Positions 22,438 to 35,426 are shown, numbered from the whole stretch's first letter. The stretch: 63,984 nucleotides of DNA, filler included, from Pirum gemmata (GCA_002812295.1; 27 parts of 27 records of this genome joined end to end with filler, not necessarily neighbours in it); one strand, 5' to 3'. The notes: generated by a model from the letters alone, not told the origin. Numbers and translations are program-made.

Positions 22438-22692
22438 NNNNNNNNNNNNNNNNNNNNNNNNNNNNNNNNNNNNNNNNNNNNTTAATTAATTAANNNNNNN
22501 NNNNNNNNNNNNNNNNNNNNNNNNNNNNNNNNNNNNNACAAAAAAAACAAATAAAATACAAAAAAAAAAAAAAAACACACACACAAAAGCAAAAGCAAAA
22601 AGAAAAATCATTATTTGAGAGCATTACAATAGTAATAAAATTAATTACATTAAATATTATTAAATATTATATACTAATAATAATTTGTAAAT

Positions 22693-23808
22693 ATGAGCTC
22701 GAGTGCTAGCAAATTCGACAATGCTGTTTCTGGTGATCAGGATTATAGTATTAGCGAAGCTGATATTACTGTTGGTAAGAAAGATATCAGTACGAAAAGA
22801 CCTCCATTTAAACAAGGCAATAGATGTTGTTGGGGAGGAATGCCATTATGGGGTTTCGTTTTGCTATGTATTTTTATAAGTCTTTGTGTACTTGCAGCTG
22901 TTTTAGTACCAGTTATCTTTTTACCTGTTGCCAGCAATAGTGTTCAACATTCTGTTGATAATACCAACTTTGAAATAACTTATTTGCATGCAGAAAATTT
23001 TGATCCTACAATCTTTTTTGGGTATCTTGTGCCAACCCTGGGCAACTTGACGCTATATCAGAGTACTAATAATACAGCGTATTTAAGTAATTTTGTTTCC
23101 CTGGTCCCTTTTTTAAACGCATCTTCTATTCAATCACGATATTTGTTAGTAAATGCCACAATCTTGATGAGTAATGTCGATAAATTGGCTAATGGGGCCG
23201 AAATACAGCCTACTACCGCACAATTAATTACTAACCAATTTGATATCCGTAATCCAGCAACAGGTGCAGTAATGACAAGCGTCCCAACACAGGTGTTTGG
23301 CGATGTCACGCTTCCTTCTGCTACATTAAGTGACCCCAATACGGTTATTAATTCTGTAGTTACTGTAGAAGCCACTGGAGAGTTGGGGACACAAATGGAC
23401 ACACCATTACCAGGTAAAAAAGATTTTTTTTATTTTTTTATTTACTTTTTTTAATTTAAAATATTATAAATTTTGTCAGTACAATTGAATTTATACTTCA
23501 AAAACATAATTTATTTATTTTTATTAATTGAATATTTACTTTATTATTATTATTATTATCATATTGTAGCAATGCCAACCGTAGGTACTGCTGACTTTGT
23601 CACATGGCTAACAGCTGACTTCACGAATTGGGTTAATTACCAAACTGAAATGAACGGTATTGCCGGATGCTATGCCTTGACACAAAATACATGTTCTTGG
23701 TTAGCGAATGGACCTACTGTGGTTAAGAAAAAATTGGCTGCTACCACTATGTTCTATGGTGCAAATTTGAAAAACAAGCTTATTAGTTTTAACGTTCCTT
23801 TGAGCTAA
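22693..23808 (+). CDS. Two-exon type II membrane protein (~319 aa) with a beta-rich ectodomain, possibly LEA_2/DUF3712-like
   Basis: Exons 22693-23413 and 23570-23808 join through a phase-1 GT..AG intron. Single TM LWGFVLLCIFISLCVLAAVLVPVIFLP. The domain call is weak. Confidence 0.8.
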
Positions 23809-26136
23809 TTTTAAAAAATTATGCAATTTCAAAAGCATTACCAAATGATATCGATCTCAACATCTATACTAAAATTTAATGCACATAATAATTATGCTAT
23901 TTTTTTAAAGATTAATTAATTAATTAATTAATTAATAAGGATTTTATGTTCACTCTTAAAATTCTTTTGATTTTTTTCCAAGCTTGTAATATTATTAATT
24001 GCCTTCATAGTAAATAGAAGCACCCATTTTAGTCATACGTAATAACGTTTATCGATATAATTATCTTTGAAAAGTGTACTAGTTTGGTCTGTTTTGTGGC
24101 TCGTTTTGTTAACGTTAACGTTGTACTAAAAAAAGAATGTCTAGCTATATAATTAGATAGACAGTCACAGACCCCTAGCTAGCATAGTTGTTTGAAAATT
24201 TTAATATAATCATTAAAATTACCGATTTCAATTTTATTTCCTTTTATAAATAATTTTTAATTTAAATTGCGGTTTTTTCACGACCAACAAAAGTGAAAAG
24301 CATAGTAAAAGAGTGTTACAAAAGCATAATGTGGTAAAGAAGAATTTTATATCAATATCTACTCTTTTAATTATTATTATTATTTTTTAAAGAAAGTGAT
24401 ATATATAATAAAATAACATGAGACCTACACTACAGTATTGCCTGATTCAAGGTTAAATTCATAAAAATAATAAATAACCCAAGCTTACTACCTTTCTAAT
24501 TTTTTTTCATAATAATAATAATAATANNNNNNNNNNNNNNNNNNNNNNNNNNNNNNNNNNNNNNNNNNNNTTAATTAATTAANNNNNNNNNNNNNNNNNN
24601 NNNNNNNNNNNNNNNNNNNNNNNNNNAAAAAAAAAAATATCATTTTAAAATTGTCACTATTTAATAATTAGGGTCGAGCTGTTTGATTCGATTATGTTTT
24701 CCCGTATCTCCCTGTATAACAATTACGAAAAAACATCTCCTTTTAAGAGGTCCTGAAAAACAAAATCTGACAAAGTCGATAGATAGGGTTTAACTCTACA
24801 AAATGGAGGGCGCCTTGGTCTACTTCCAAAGCATACGAGTCCTGTTGGTATAGGCAAGCAAGACCAAATCGAATTCTTGTAAAAGATTAATTCCAGATCC
24901 TTGCTTCCCGTCTTATTATATATTATAGCTAATAAAATATTAATAAAATAAAAAATGCCGAATATAACACATGTGGGTTGGGTTCATATATATATATATA
25001 TATATCATAATCATAAGTATCATGATGTCAATTATACATCATGATGATATACATATATATATACATATTCCTACGTGCAAGGTACCAAAAAAAATATCAA
25101 TTATATTACCATATTATAAGTAAAATTTTCCTCGATTTACCGATTCCATGCAGGAAAAAAAATATATACATTGACGTCATCCGCATTAGCCTCTTACTAG
25201 AGACTTTTTGTTAGTAGTAATTTTTTATACTGTTATTACGAATTGTACCAAAAGGTATTGTTTGTTTTCACACTTCTAATAATCTCCTCTCTTTACTTAG
25301 GAAGGACTACTCCACCGGAAAAGTATAGAACAAACTGTCTAGCCCAGTTTGCAAATAAGAAATTTGAGAAATTGTATATATACGAATCCCTCTCATTTCA
25401 TTTTATAAAATATAAAACATTTTCCACTTGTATATATTAATAAATTTAAAGGCAACACAAAAAAACTTATTTATAGCTATTTTTAACAAATAGAACAATT
25501 TGAGAAAAAAACAAGAATATGTATTATTAAATTATTAATCAAAGAAAAGTTCTCAAGTAGAACATTTTTCTTATACTTCGGGAAGTTTATAAGTTGGTTA
25601 TCTAAAACCGTCATGACAGTGCTAGTCACAAATAATGCGTACCATATACACTATACCATTCTATACCACAGAATTGTATAAGCGATGTACATACATTCAT
25701 TCTTTTATCCTTGTAATGTTTAAACATATTACTTAATCTTAAATAACCTCGAGCAGTAACAGTATTTACACATAAATTACCAAATGAATAAAAAAAAAAA
25801 CTAAGAATTTATGATTTCCAAAAAGTTACATTAATCCGTTATATAAATATATCATTCTATATCATAGAATTGTATAAGAAATGCACATATATTCATTCTT
25901 TTATCCTTCTAATGTTCAAATACATTACTTAATCTTAACTAACCTCGAGAAGAAAAACTTTAAGGGTAGTAACAGTTTTTGCACATAAATTGATGCATAC
26001 ATCACGTATTCGTACGAAAATAACGATTAAAAAGCATGCTAGCGTAAGTATCAATAAAACATTTTAGTAGGAATAAAACTATTTCAACGAAAAAAAAAAA
26101 AAAACAAGAATTTACGATTTACAAAAACATTAATCA

Positions 26137-26552
26137 ATAATAACTACAATGTAATCGATGAGGTGCTTTTTGTAATTGAAGAATTTTCACCATATGCTCA
26201 GAGAAAACTGTGTTTAGAATACTCAGTTGTTGGGTTTGTTGGAAGCGGGTGATAATAACATAGAGAGGTTCGAACGCCGTTTTAGTATATATGAAATACT
26301 GTTGCGGTTTTGTGTAGAAGAGAATATAAACATGAAAAAACACAATAACTACAATGAAATTGATGATATACTTCTTGCAATTGAAGAACTTTCACCACGT
26401 GTTTGAGGAGAGCTGTGTTCAGAACTAACTCTCATTTGGTTTGCATTACTGGAAGTGGGTGACAGTAACATAGAGGGATTCGAGCGCCGTTTTTTTAAAT
26501 TTGAAGTACTGTTGAGCTTTTAGAAGAGAAGAGAACACAAACAAGAAAATAC
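26137..26552. repeat. Diverged tandem duplication of ~207 bp
   Basis: AATAACTACAATG..AATTGAAGAA..TAACATAGAG..TTCGA.CGCCGTTTT present twice. Confidence 0.8.
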
Positions 26553-27073
26553 AAGGACTAATTATTATCATTATTATTATTATTATTANNNNNNNNNNNN
26601 NNNNNNNNNNNNNNNNNNNNNNNNNNNNNNNNTTAATTAATTAANNNNNNNNNNNNNNNNNNNNNNNNNNNNNNNNNNNNNNNNNNNNTTATTATTATTA
26701 TTATTATTATTATTAATAATTTATTATTAAATGTTAATTATTATCGATAATCATTAATTACCATTGATTATTATTAATTAATGCTATTTTTGTTATTATT
26801 ATTATTTGGCACATTTGGGTGCGCAATTGCTGTTGCTTTTAAAAACCAAACAAACCAAACCAAATACAATACAAAACAAAACAAAACAAAACAAAACAAA
26901 AACCAAACACAAACAAAACAAAACAAAACAAAACAAAACAAAACAAAACACCAAACAAAACAAAACAAAACAGTAATACTAATTCCATTCATTCCTTTAC
27001 TTCCACCCATGGGTTTCTCTTTACTACTGTATCCTAATCAATTTTTTTCTTCTTACAATTTATATATTGGTAG

Positions 27074-28409
27074 CAAAATCAAATCCAAAGCCCTTTTCTG
27101 ACCGTCGACTTAAATCAAAAGACAGTACAGCCACCACCAACATCACCAGCGGTACAGCAAACTCAAACACAGAATCAAGCACAACAACCATCACTACCAA
27201 AGCCAAAACCACAACCAAAAGAGAAACCAAAATCACAACCACAACTACCACCACCACCACAACCACAGCAATTACAACAGCGACTACCACAACAAAGTGT
27301 ATTACAATCACAATCACAATCACAATCACAAAGACAACAACTTTTACAACAAGAACAACAAAGGCAACAAGAACAACAGGGGAAAAAGAAATCACCACAA
27401 CCACAACCACAACCGCAACCACAGCAGCATATAAATAATCAATTACACACTCAGATGTACCAGCAAGCTAATCAGATTAAGCAATCTCATCCAGTAACTA
27501 ATCAAATACAAAAAAATTTCCAAAAACCCAACTATTTTCAAAAACAAACCAATATCCAACAACAACAGTTCCAACCTCAACCACAACCACAAGTTAAATC
27601 AGAACCACAATCTGTACAGCTTCATCAATCAACACAAGCGTTTAAAGTACCAACGGCCGGGAAAATGGGCTCACAAATCCAACAACCACACCAACAACCA
27701 CAACAACCACAACAACCACAACAACCACAACAACCACAACAACCACAGCAACCACAACAACCACAACAACACCAATCACAACACCAACCACAACCACAAT
27801 CGCCACAATCATCACAACCACAACCACAACCACAACCAATACAAAGACAACAGCAGCCACCACCACCACCACCACAAATTCAACAAGGTTGTCGTCAAAC
27901 AACCCCATGCCAAGTTCAATCACAATCACAATCCTCAAATATCCAACAGCAACAATTATCACCCTCTCAACAACTACACCCCTCACCCGACCAACTACGG
28001 CAGCCTTCACCTGGTCAAGCACGACAGCCTTCACCGGGTCAAACTCGACAGCCTTCACCGGGTCAAACTCGACAGCCTTCACCGGGTCAAACTCGACAGC
28101 CTTCACACGGCAAAGTAATCAACCAAAATCAGAAAAATACTCCTTTTTCTTTATATGAAACCCAAGCCCAAACCCAAACCCAAACACAAGAAAAGCCACA
28201 GCAGTCTTCATCGCGATCACAAACAGTGACACAAACACAACAACGACCTCAAACACAAACACAAACACAAACACAAGCACAAACACAAGCACAAACACAA
28301 GCACAGCAGCAACTAAATATTCAACAACAACAAAACCAGTTATTGCAACGTCAGCAATTACAACGCCAGCAGTTACAACGTCAACAACAACAACTAAAAC
28401 AACAAATGC

Positions 28410-28453
<44 letters not shown>

Positions 28454-28490
28454 AACCATCACCAGCATCCACATCCGCATCAGCAGCGTC

Positions 28491-28548
<58 letters not shown>

Positions 28549-28567
28549 GCAACGACAACAACGACAA

Positions 28568-28602
<35 letters not shown>

Positions 28603-28684
28603 ACAACAACAACAGCAACAGCAACAACAGCAACAGCAACAACAGCAACGCCAGCAACAACGCCAACAACAGCAACGCCAGCAC
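27074..28684 (+). CDS. Large internal exon of a Q/P-rich disordered protein with RQPSPGQT repeats (partial)
   Basis: Acceptor TGGTAG ending at 27073. Frame open for ~537 codons (QNQIQSPF..MYQQ..polyQ) up to the n at 28685. Confidence 0.75.
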
Positions 28685-28685
28685 N

Positions 28686-29066
28686 TTAGGGTTAGGGTTG
28701 AGGTTAGGGTTAGGGTTGGGGTTAGGGTTAGGGTTAGGGTTAGGGTTGGGGTTAGAGTTAGGGTTAGAGTTAGGGTTAACGTTAGGGTTAGGGTTAACTT
28801 TAGGGTTAATGTTAGGGTTAGGGTTAGGGTTTTAACGTTAGGGTTAGGATTTTAACGTTAGGGTTAGGGTTAACTTCTTCATTTTTATTGGTTTCATATA
28901 AACTATTATTTAATTTTAGTTTAAAATATTCTTTAATATTTTGATTAGAATTTTTCATTTTTTACATCGTTGAGGGTTAAAACGTTAGGGTTAGGGTTAG
29001 GGTTTTAACGTTAGGGTTAATTTTAACGTTAGGGTTAACGTTAGGGTTAGGGTTAGGGTTAGGGTT
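28686..29066 (+). repeat. (TTAGGG)n array with TTAACG variants
   Basis: Direct inspection. Confidence 0.9.
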
Positions 29067-29718
29067 ATGATAAATCGAACAATCAAAAAATCGAGCAATT
29101 AAAAAAAGGAATTTTTTTTTATTACATAGACTAATAATATGATATCGTGCTTTTCATTTATTTTGTTACTCTAAATATTTATTTGGAGGGTTATAATCTT
29201 TAAANNNNNNNNNNNNNNNNNNNNNNNNNNNNNNNNNNNNNNNNNNNNTTAATTAATTAANNNNNNNNNNNNNNNNNNNNNNNNNNNNNNNNNNNNNNNN
29301 NNNNATTTATTGGGAATATTTTATTATGAAAAAACAACTAAAGTTTTAGTTATCGTTATCGGATAGTTATCATATATATCATATATATATATATAAGGAT
29401 GTTTGGAATGTTTGGCTGTTGGGAACTTTTGGGGGTTTTACCAGATAATGTGAAATTACCCCAGGATGGATGACAAAAATACCTCATGGTTGAAAATCAC
29501 CTCTGATTAGTTGTACCAATCAAAAAGGGCTAAGATTAAAAAGAGAGAAAATTTAGAATTATAAAAAAGTATAAAAGGCGAAAATAGAATGGAACTTTTG
29601 AATAAAATTACTTCTAAATTTTATTACAAAACAATTTTTACAAAATTTACTTACAATTTATTTATATTTTTCTAATATATAGCGATATCACCTGATTGTA
29701 TAACGGCAGTAGGATTGA

Positions 29719-29910
29719 TTGTATGTAGACGACATATACTAATGTGGACCAGACACTACACTGGATAGACGCCATCAACAAGCAGTACCCACTGAAACAC
29801 TTAGGAGAAGCACAGGTCATAATCGGCATAGAAATACAGCAAAGTGACACCCATACGAAAATACACCAACAACAATAATACATTGAGAACATTATAAACC
29901 AACTTCAAAT
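29719..29910 (+). pseudogene. Decayed Ty1/copia reverse transcriptase fragment
   Basis: LYVDDI, then a frameshift, then WIDAINKQYPLKHLGEAQVIIGIEIQ..IHQQQ*YIENII, matching the copia RT pattern KDLG..ILGIEI..SQ..YI. Confidence 0.8.
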
Positions 29911-29982
29911 ACTTCAAATACCAATTAATACAAAAATAAGCACAGCAATTGCAAACACATTTGTAAACCTAATAAACTGCTA

Positions 29983-30800
29983 GAAGAAGTTTGGAATATA
30001 ATTAAACAGCAAGGAGTTAAAAAAAGAAAAAATGCTCTAGGAGAAGATAAAATCACGTACACCACGCTAGCAAATTGTCCACGCTCAATTATTGAAGACC
30101 TAACTAAAGTATATAACTACTCCATCAAGAATATTGGTACTACCATTGGAAACACGTTACTATAATATTATTTCCCAAAACAGAAAAAAATTGACAAGAC
30201 CATCTGACCCAAACAACTATAGGCCAAATCAATCTCCTCTCAAAATGTCCAAAATAATTAGGTAAAGGCTAATGGCATATATAGACATAAAATAATTAAC
30301 AAAACTCAATCGGGGTTCTTAGCCCAACACCGAACGTGGGATGTACTCTAAATTGAACCAGTTATTCAACGATTGAAGAAAGATCAATCAGTACACCAAA
30401 TATTTAATTTAAACTAAGCAACAATGCACAATAATCCAATAATCGAATTACTACTTTCCTATCACAACAATGGTACTACTCGCAATATGAAAGAAGGCCG
30501 GCAAAAACAATGGCAAACCGCCAACTATGTTAACAAGTATCATGAACGACACAAAAAAAATGACAGGAAAAAAATACACAAAAGAAAAGAATTAAACAAC
30601 GTGCTGAACCACCTAAAAAAAAAAAAACAAGTTATGATTGATTACATCAATCACATTTACACCTTTCAATAACGAATGGACTGAACAAATCAAATTGAAA
30701 AGGTGCTAGACCCGGCTGCTGCCGGAAGGGGGAGCACTCCATAGCTTTGAACCAGAACCCCACCTGACAGTGTCACAAATCACATAGTCTAAAAATAAAA
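29983..30800 (+). pseudogene. Decayed, internally deleted non-LTR retrotransposon (LINE, jockey/I-like) ORF2 plus 3' UTR
   Basis: EEVWNIIK..KNALGEDKITY, WKHVTII.FPK, DPNNYRP, QSGF across frameshifts. ATMHNNPIIELL resembles the 57 kb copy. Confidence 0.8.
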
Positions 30801-31866
30801 ATCAACGCAACCACAACACAAAGCAACGCCACAAGCAATACAGCAACGATCACAACTAGAATGACCAGAAGCCGAAATCAAATTACGTGAAGCACAACTT
30901 CAAACCTAGCAGAAAACACTGGAACACGAGTTAGTAACCCATAATGCATGTATACTTTTTTAAAAATTCACAGAAATGTTCATTAATGACGTCACTTTTG
31001 GGGGGAGGATGACTTTAATTAATTAGTAGGTTGTGGGAGTAGAGGAAAGTGACGTCAGTACCTCTCTTTTTCTAGATTGCCACTATAATTGATATCTAAT
31101 AGGCCAGATTTGGATCGAGTGTTCAATTTTACGACACCGTTTTTTTATATATATATTTCTCTTTTCTCAAGTCCTCAACAACAACAACAACAAAATTCTC
31201 CACATTTTTTTCGAGCATTTTTCAGCATTTTTTTTCATTCTTTTTTTTCAATCAATTTTTTTTTCTGAAAATGAGGTCATATAAGGAGGGGGANNNNNNN
31301 NNNNNNNNNNNNNNNNNNNNNNNNNNNNNNNNNNNNNTTAATTAATTAANNNNNNNNNNNNNNNNNNNNNNNNNNNNNNNNNNNNNNNNNNNNTAATAGT
31401 AGTAGTAATAATAGTAGTAATAGTAGTAGTAATAGTAGTAGTAATAGTAATAGTAATAGTAATAGTAATAGTAGTAGTAATAGTAGTAGTAATAACAGTA
31501 ATAATAATAGTAGCAATAATGATAATAGTAGTAATAATAATAATAATAGTTGTAGTAGTAGAAATGACAGTAGAATAATAATAATAATAATAATAATAGT
31601 AGCAGCAGTAGTAGCAGTGGTGGTAATAGTAGTAATAATAGTAGTAATAATAGTAGTAATAGTAGTAGTAATAATAGTAGTAATAATAGCAATAATAATA
31701 GTAATGATAATAGTAATAATAGTAATAATAATAATAGTAATAATAATAGTAATAATAATAGCAATAATAATAGTAATAATAATAGTAATAATAATAGTAA
31801 TAATAATAGTAATAATAATAGTAGTAATAATAGTAATAATAATAGTATAATAATAATAAATTAAAA

Positions 31867-31900
<34 letters not shown>

Positions 31901-32043
31901 GGATAATAATAATGATGATAATGATAATATACTGCATTTAGTTACAATGTTCCTATTTTAAGTAATATATTTTTTTTAAAAAAAAATGGAATTTTGCCAG
32001 TTCTACCAGCTCTAGCTAGCTAGCTAGCTAGTAGTGGTCTCAG

Positions 32044-33007
32044 CCCTAACCTAACCCCAACCCTAACCCTAACCTAACCCTAACCCTAACCCTAACCCTA
32101 ACCCAAACCCAAACCCAAACCCTAACCTAACCCTAACCCTAACCTAACCCTAACCCTATATTCCCCTAACCCTAACCCTAACCAACCTAACCCTAACCAA
32201 CCTAACTCTAACTCTAAAACCAACCCTAATCCTAACCCTAACCGACCCTAATCCTAACCGACTTTGTTTAACCCTAACCCTAACCAACCCTAACCCTAAC
32301 CCTAACCAACCCTAACCCTAACCCTAACCAACCCTAACCATAAACATAACCATAACCATAGCCCTTACCATAACCATAACCCTTACCCTAACCCTAACCC
32401 TAACCCTAACCCTAACCATAACCCTAACCATAACCCTAACCCTAACCATAACCATGACCATAACCATAACCATAACCATAACCCTAATCCTAATCCTAAT
32501 CTTAATCCTACCCTAACCCTAACCCTAACTCTAACTCTAACCATAACCATAACCATAACCCTAATCCTAATCCTAATCTTAATCCTACCCTAACCCTAGC
32601 CCTAACCCTAACCCTAACTCTAACTCTAACCCTAACTCTAAGCCTAACCCTAACCCTAACCCTAACTCTAACCATAACCCTAACCCTAACTACAACTCTA
32701 ACCTTAACCTTAACCCTAACCCTAACCCTAACCCTAACCCTAACCCTAACCCTAACCCTAACCCTAACCCTAACCCTAACCCNNNNNNNNNNNNNNNNNN
32801 NNNNNNNNNNNNNNNNNNNNNNNNNNNNNNNNNNNNNNNNNNNNNNNNNNNNNNNNNNNNNNNNNNNNNNNNNNNNNNNNNNNNNNNNNNNNNNNNAACC
32901 CTAACCCTAACCCTAACCCTAACCCTAACCCTAACCCTAACCCTAACCCTAACCCTAACCCTAACCCTAACCCTAACCCTAACCCTAACCCTAACCCTAA
33001 CCCTAAC
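32044..33007 (-). repeat. ~1-kb (CCCTAA)n array with CCATAA/CTCTAA/TCCTAA variants, probably intronic
   Basis: Direct inspection. Begins a few nt after a GT donor on the minus strand. Confidence 0.95.
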
Positions 33008-33012
33008 TGCAC

Positions 33013-33163
33013 CATGTTTGTATTATTGGACTAGGTTTCTCATCTGATTCAATTTTAATATCAACACGAGACTCATTTCTTTTTGGTTTTTTACTTAAAG
33101 AGCGGCCTAATTTTGATGGAGTTCTATTAACAGAGTTTTTTCGCTCAATATCTTGCTCAAACC
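33013..33163 (-). CDS. Isolated internal exon (charged, S/K-rich)
   Basis: AATAG acceptor, open frame FEQDIERKNSVNRTPSKLGRSLSKKPKRNESRVDIKIESDEKPSPIIQT, GT donor. Confidence 0.5.
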
Positions 33164-33464
33164 CTATTTATCATCAATTCAATAAGTTAATGAGTGTTTA
33201 TATTTCTATTACAATAATTATTGTTGGTTGTTGGTTGTTGGTTGTTGGCTGTTGGTTGTTGGTTGCTCTTGGTTGTTAGTTGTTAGTTGTTGGTTGTCGG
33301 TTGTTGGTTGTTGGCTGTTGGTTGCTCTTGGTTGTTAGTTGTTGGTTGTTGGTTGTTGGTTGTTNNNNNNNNNNNNNNNNNNNNNNNNNNNNNNNNNNNN
33401 NNNNNNNNTTAATTAATTAANNNNNNNNNNNNNNNNNNNNNNNNNNNNNNNNNNNNNNNNNNNN

Positions 33465-33518
33465 GATTAATTGATCTTTAGTCAGAGGCAAAGCAGCATT
33501 ATTATCATCATTATTATT

Positions 33519-33581
<63 letters not shown>

Positions 33582-35246
33582 AAAAATAAAACGAGAGTTA
33601 GATTCAGAATTGTTACGACTAAAGATTAATGAGTTACCAACAGCATCACTAGGATCAGTAATTACAAATTCATCAATGGAATAAGAAGGAGAAATTATAC
33701 CATATAACTCGTTTGTCAGATTATCTTTTTCTTGTTGTGTAATGTTATTTTTAGTGTTAACATCTACAAATCGATGAGTATTACTGTTGTTATTGATAGT
33801 ATTATTGGTTTGAGAATGTTGTGGTTGTGGTTGTGGTTGTGGTTGTTGTGTTGGTATTGGTGGTGGTTTTTCTCCTGGTTGCGATCGACATTGTGGCTGT
33901 GATTGTAGTTGTGTTTGTGTTTGTGTTTGTGTTTGTAGTTGTTGAGGTGGTTGTGGTTGTGGTGGTTGTGGTGGTTGTGGTGGTTGTGGTGGTTGTGGTG
34001 GTTGTGGTGGTTGTTTGTACTTTTGCTTCTCATGCCATTCTTCTAATGCTTCAGCGCAGCTTGAACTCACCAAATCTCTCTCTGTACTTAAAGACAAAAA
34101 GGAATCCCTTTCTAAAGGAGTATCCATACCAAAGACAATACTGGCCATCGCTCGATCACCCACTACTCTTCCCAAAGTTCGCAATATGTCACGATGCGTG
34201 GTTTGGTTTTGCATTTTAATAATTTGGCGTGATGGTTCTGGTAACAAACAGTTAAACATTCTTTCTCTTGGGTTATCGCCAGAAACGGGCCATACTGTAG
34301 GAATACAAACATACAATTGTTCCCATTTTTTGTCGCCTAAACGTTGTTTGATGTCTAACAAAATGGGCATGTCGGCTTCAACTTGAGCTTTTGCCGCATC
34401 CTGCATACAACAATGTACGGAAGGTACTACTTTTTTACAATACTTTTGAAAATCATCTAAGTTAACTTGTTGTTTGTTTAAACAGCTTTTAATATAATTC
34501 ATAGTTTCCTCTAAAAGAATAAAACAATGCTTCAATTCTTTAATGACAATGTGGTCATCTTTATATTTATCTTCATCTTCATTACGAGTTTGTTGTTGTT
34601 GTTGTTGTTGTTGTTGCACATTTTGTTGTAATTGTTGTTGTTGCAATTGCTGTTGTTGTAATTGTTGTTGTTGTTGTTGTTGTTGTTCCAAACTTTGAGC
34701 ATTATTATAAACAACTTGGACTTGTTGCAAATAAGTTCGTAATTTAACTTGCCAGCCTTCAACTTCAGGTGCTTTGAAATAAGGTGAAACAATTACGCTA
34801 ATTCCCAAAGGAAGATGGGCCAAACTTTTATAAAACTCGTATTTTTTTGGAGTTGGGGTCCATTGATGCCTAGAGCCATCTTCTTCGTACAAAGTAAAAG
34901 TGCTACCGACACCTTTAAATCCATCTTCGTAATCTGACGCAATGACACAAGGTCGGATATGATAACTTAAGTCATCAATAAATGTGCTGTAATTACCACG
35001 CGTTTGTTGATTAAGCTCGCGTGCATCCCGAAAATTGTTTTGTTGAGAATGACCACGATAAGCAAGAATGTTGATATTGTTTCGTTGGTGGTTTACATTT
35101 TGGACACGTTGTTGTTGTTGTTGTTGTTGTTGTTTACCATGATGTCCATGGTATTGTGCAATAGTTTCAATATCTTTTACTGACATAAAAGTGGGAACCA
35201 TACCAACTTTACTTGATTGTTCTGGACGTATTTTTCTATTTTCCAT
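33465..35246 (-). CDS. Intronless protein with a ~290-aa globular helical domain of unknown function amid polyQ/N tracts (3' truncated)
   Basis: Long ORF with a complex core YEFYKSLAHLPLGISVIVSPY..AAKAQV..KWEQLYVCIP..LGRVVGDRAMASIVFG..RDLV. Confidence 0.85.
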
Positions 35247-35378
35247 GATGAATGACGGAATAATTTTTATTTTTTATTTTGTACTAATTTTGTGCTGAAT
35301 GTCGTCAAATAATTTACTCCTACTTTATACCTTTTTTTTTTTTTTTTTTTTTTATTATTTTTGTGTTAAATTTTTTTA

Positions 35379-35426
<48 letters not shown>

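Noticed and set aside
27067..27438. Thr-rich mucin-like ORF
   Set aside because: An alternative frame of the Q-rich exon 27074-28684, which is the continuous frame after the acceptor.
28680..28855. PolyQ exon fused directly to TTAGGG, suggesting programmed chromosome breakage or an RV-repeat tail
   Set aside because: The junction is an n (scaffold join), so adjacency is unproven. The RVRV translation is just telomere repeat.
30702..30790. GC-rich hairpin as a tRNA or tRNA-derived SINE
   Set aside because: No cloverleaf or A/B boxes. It is better explained as a LINE 3' UTR structure.
31338..31937. PolyY/L/I/T ORFs here and at 39138-39444, 59787-60672, 21129-22239
   Set aside because: Stop-free frames of tri- and hexanucleotide repeats with no coding evidence.
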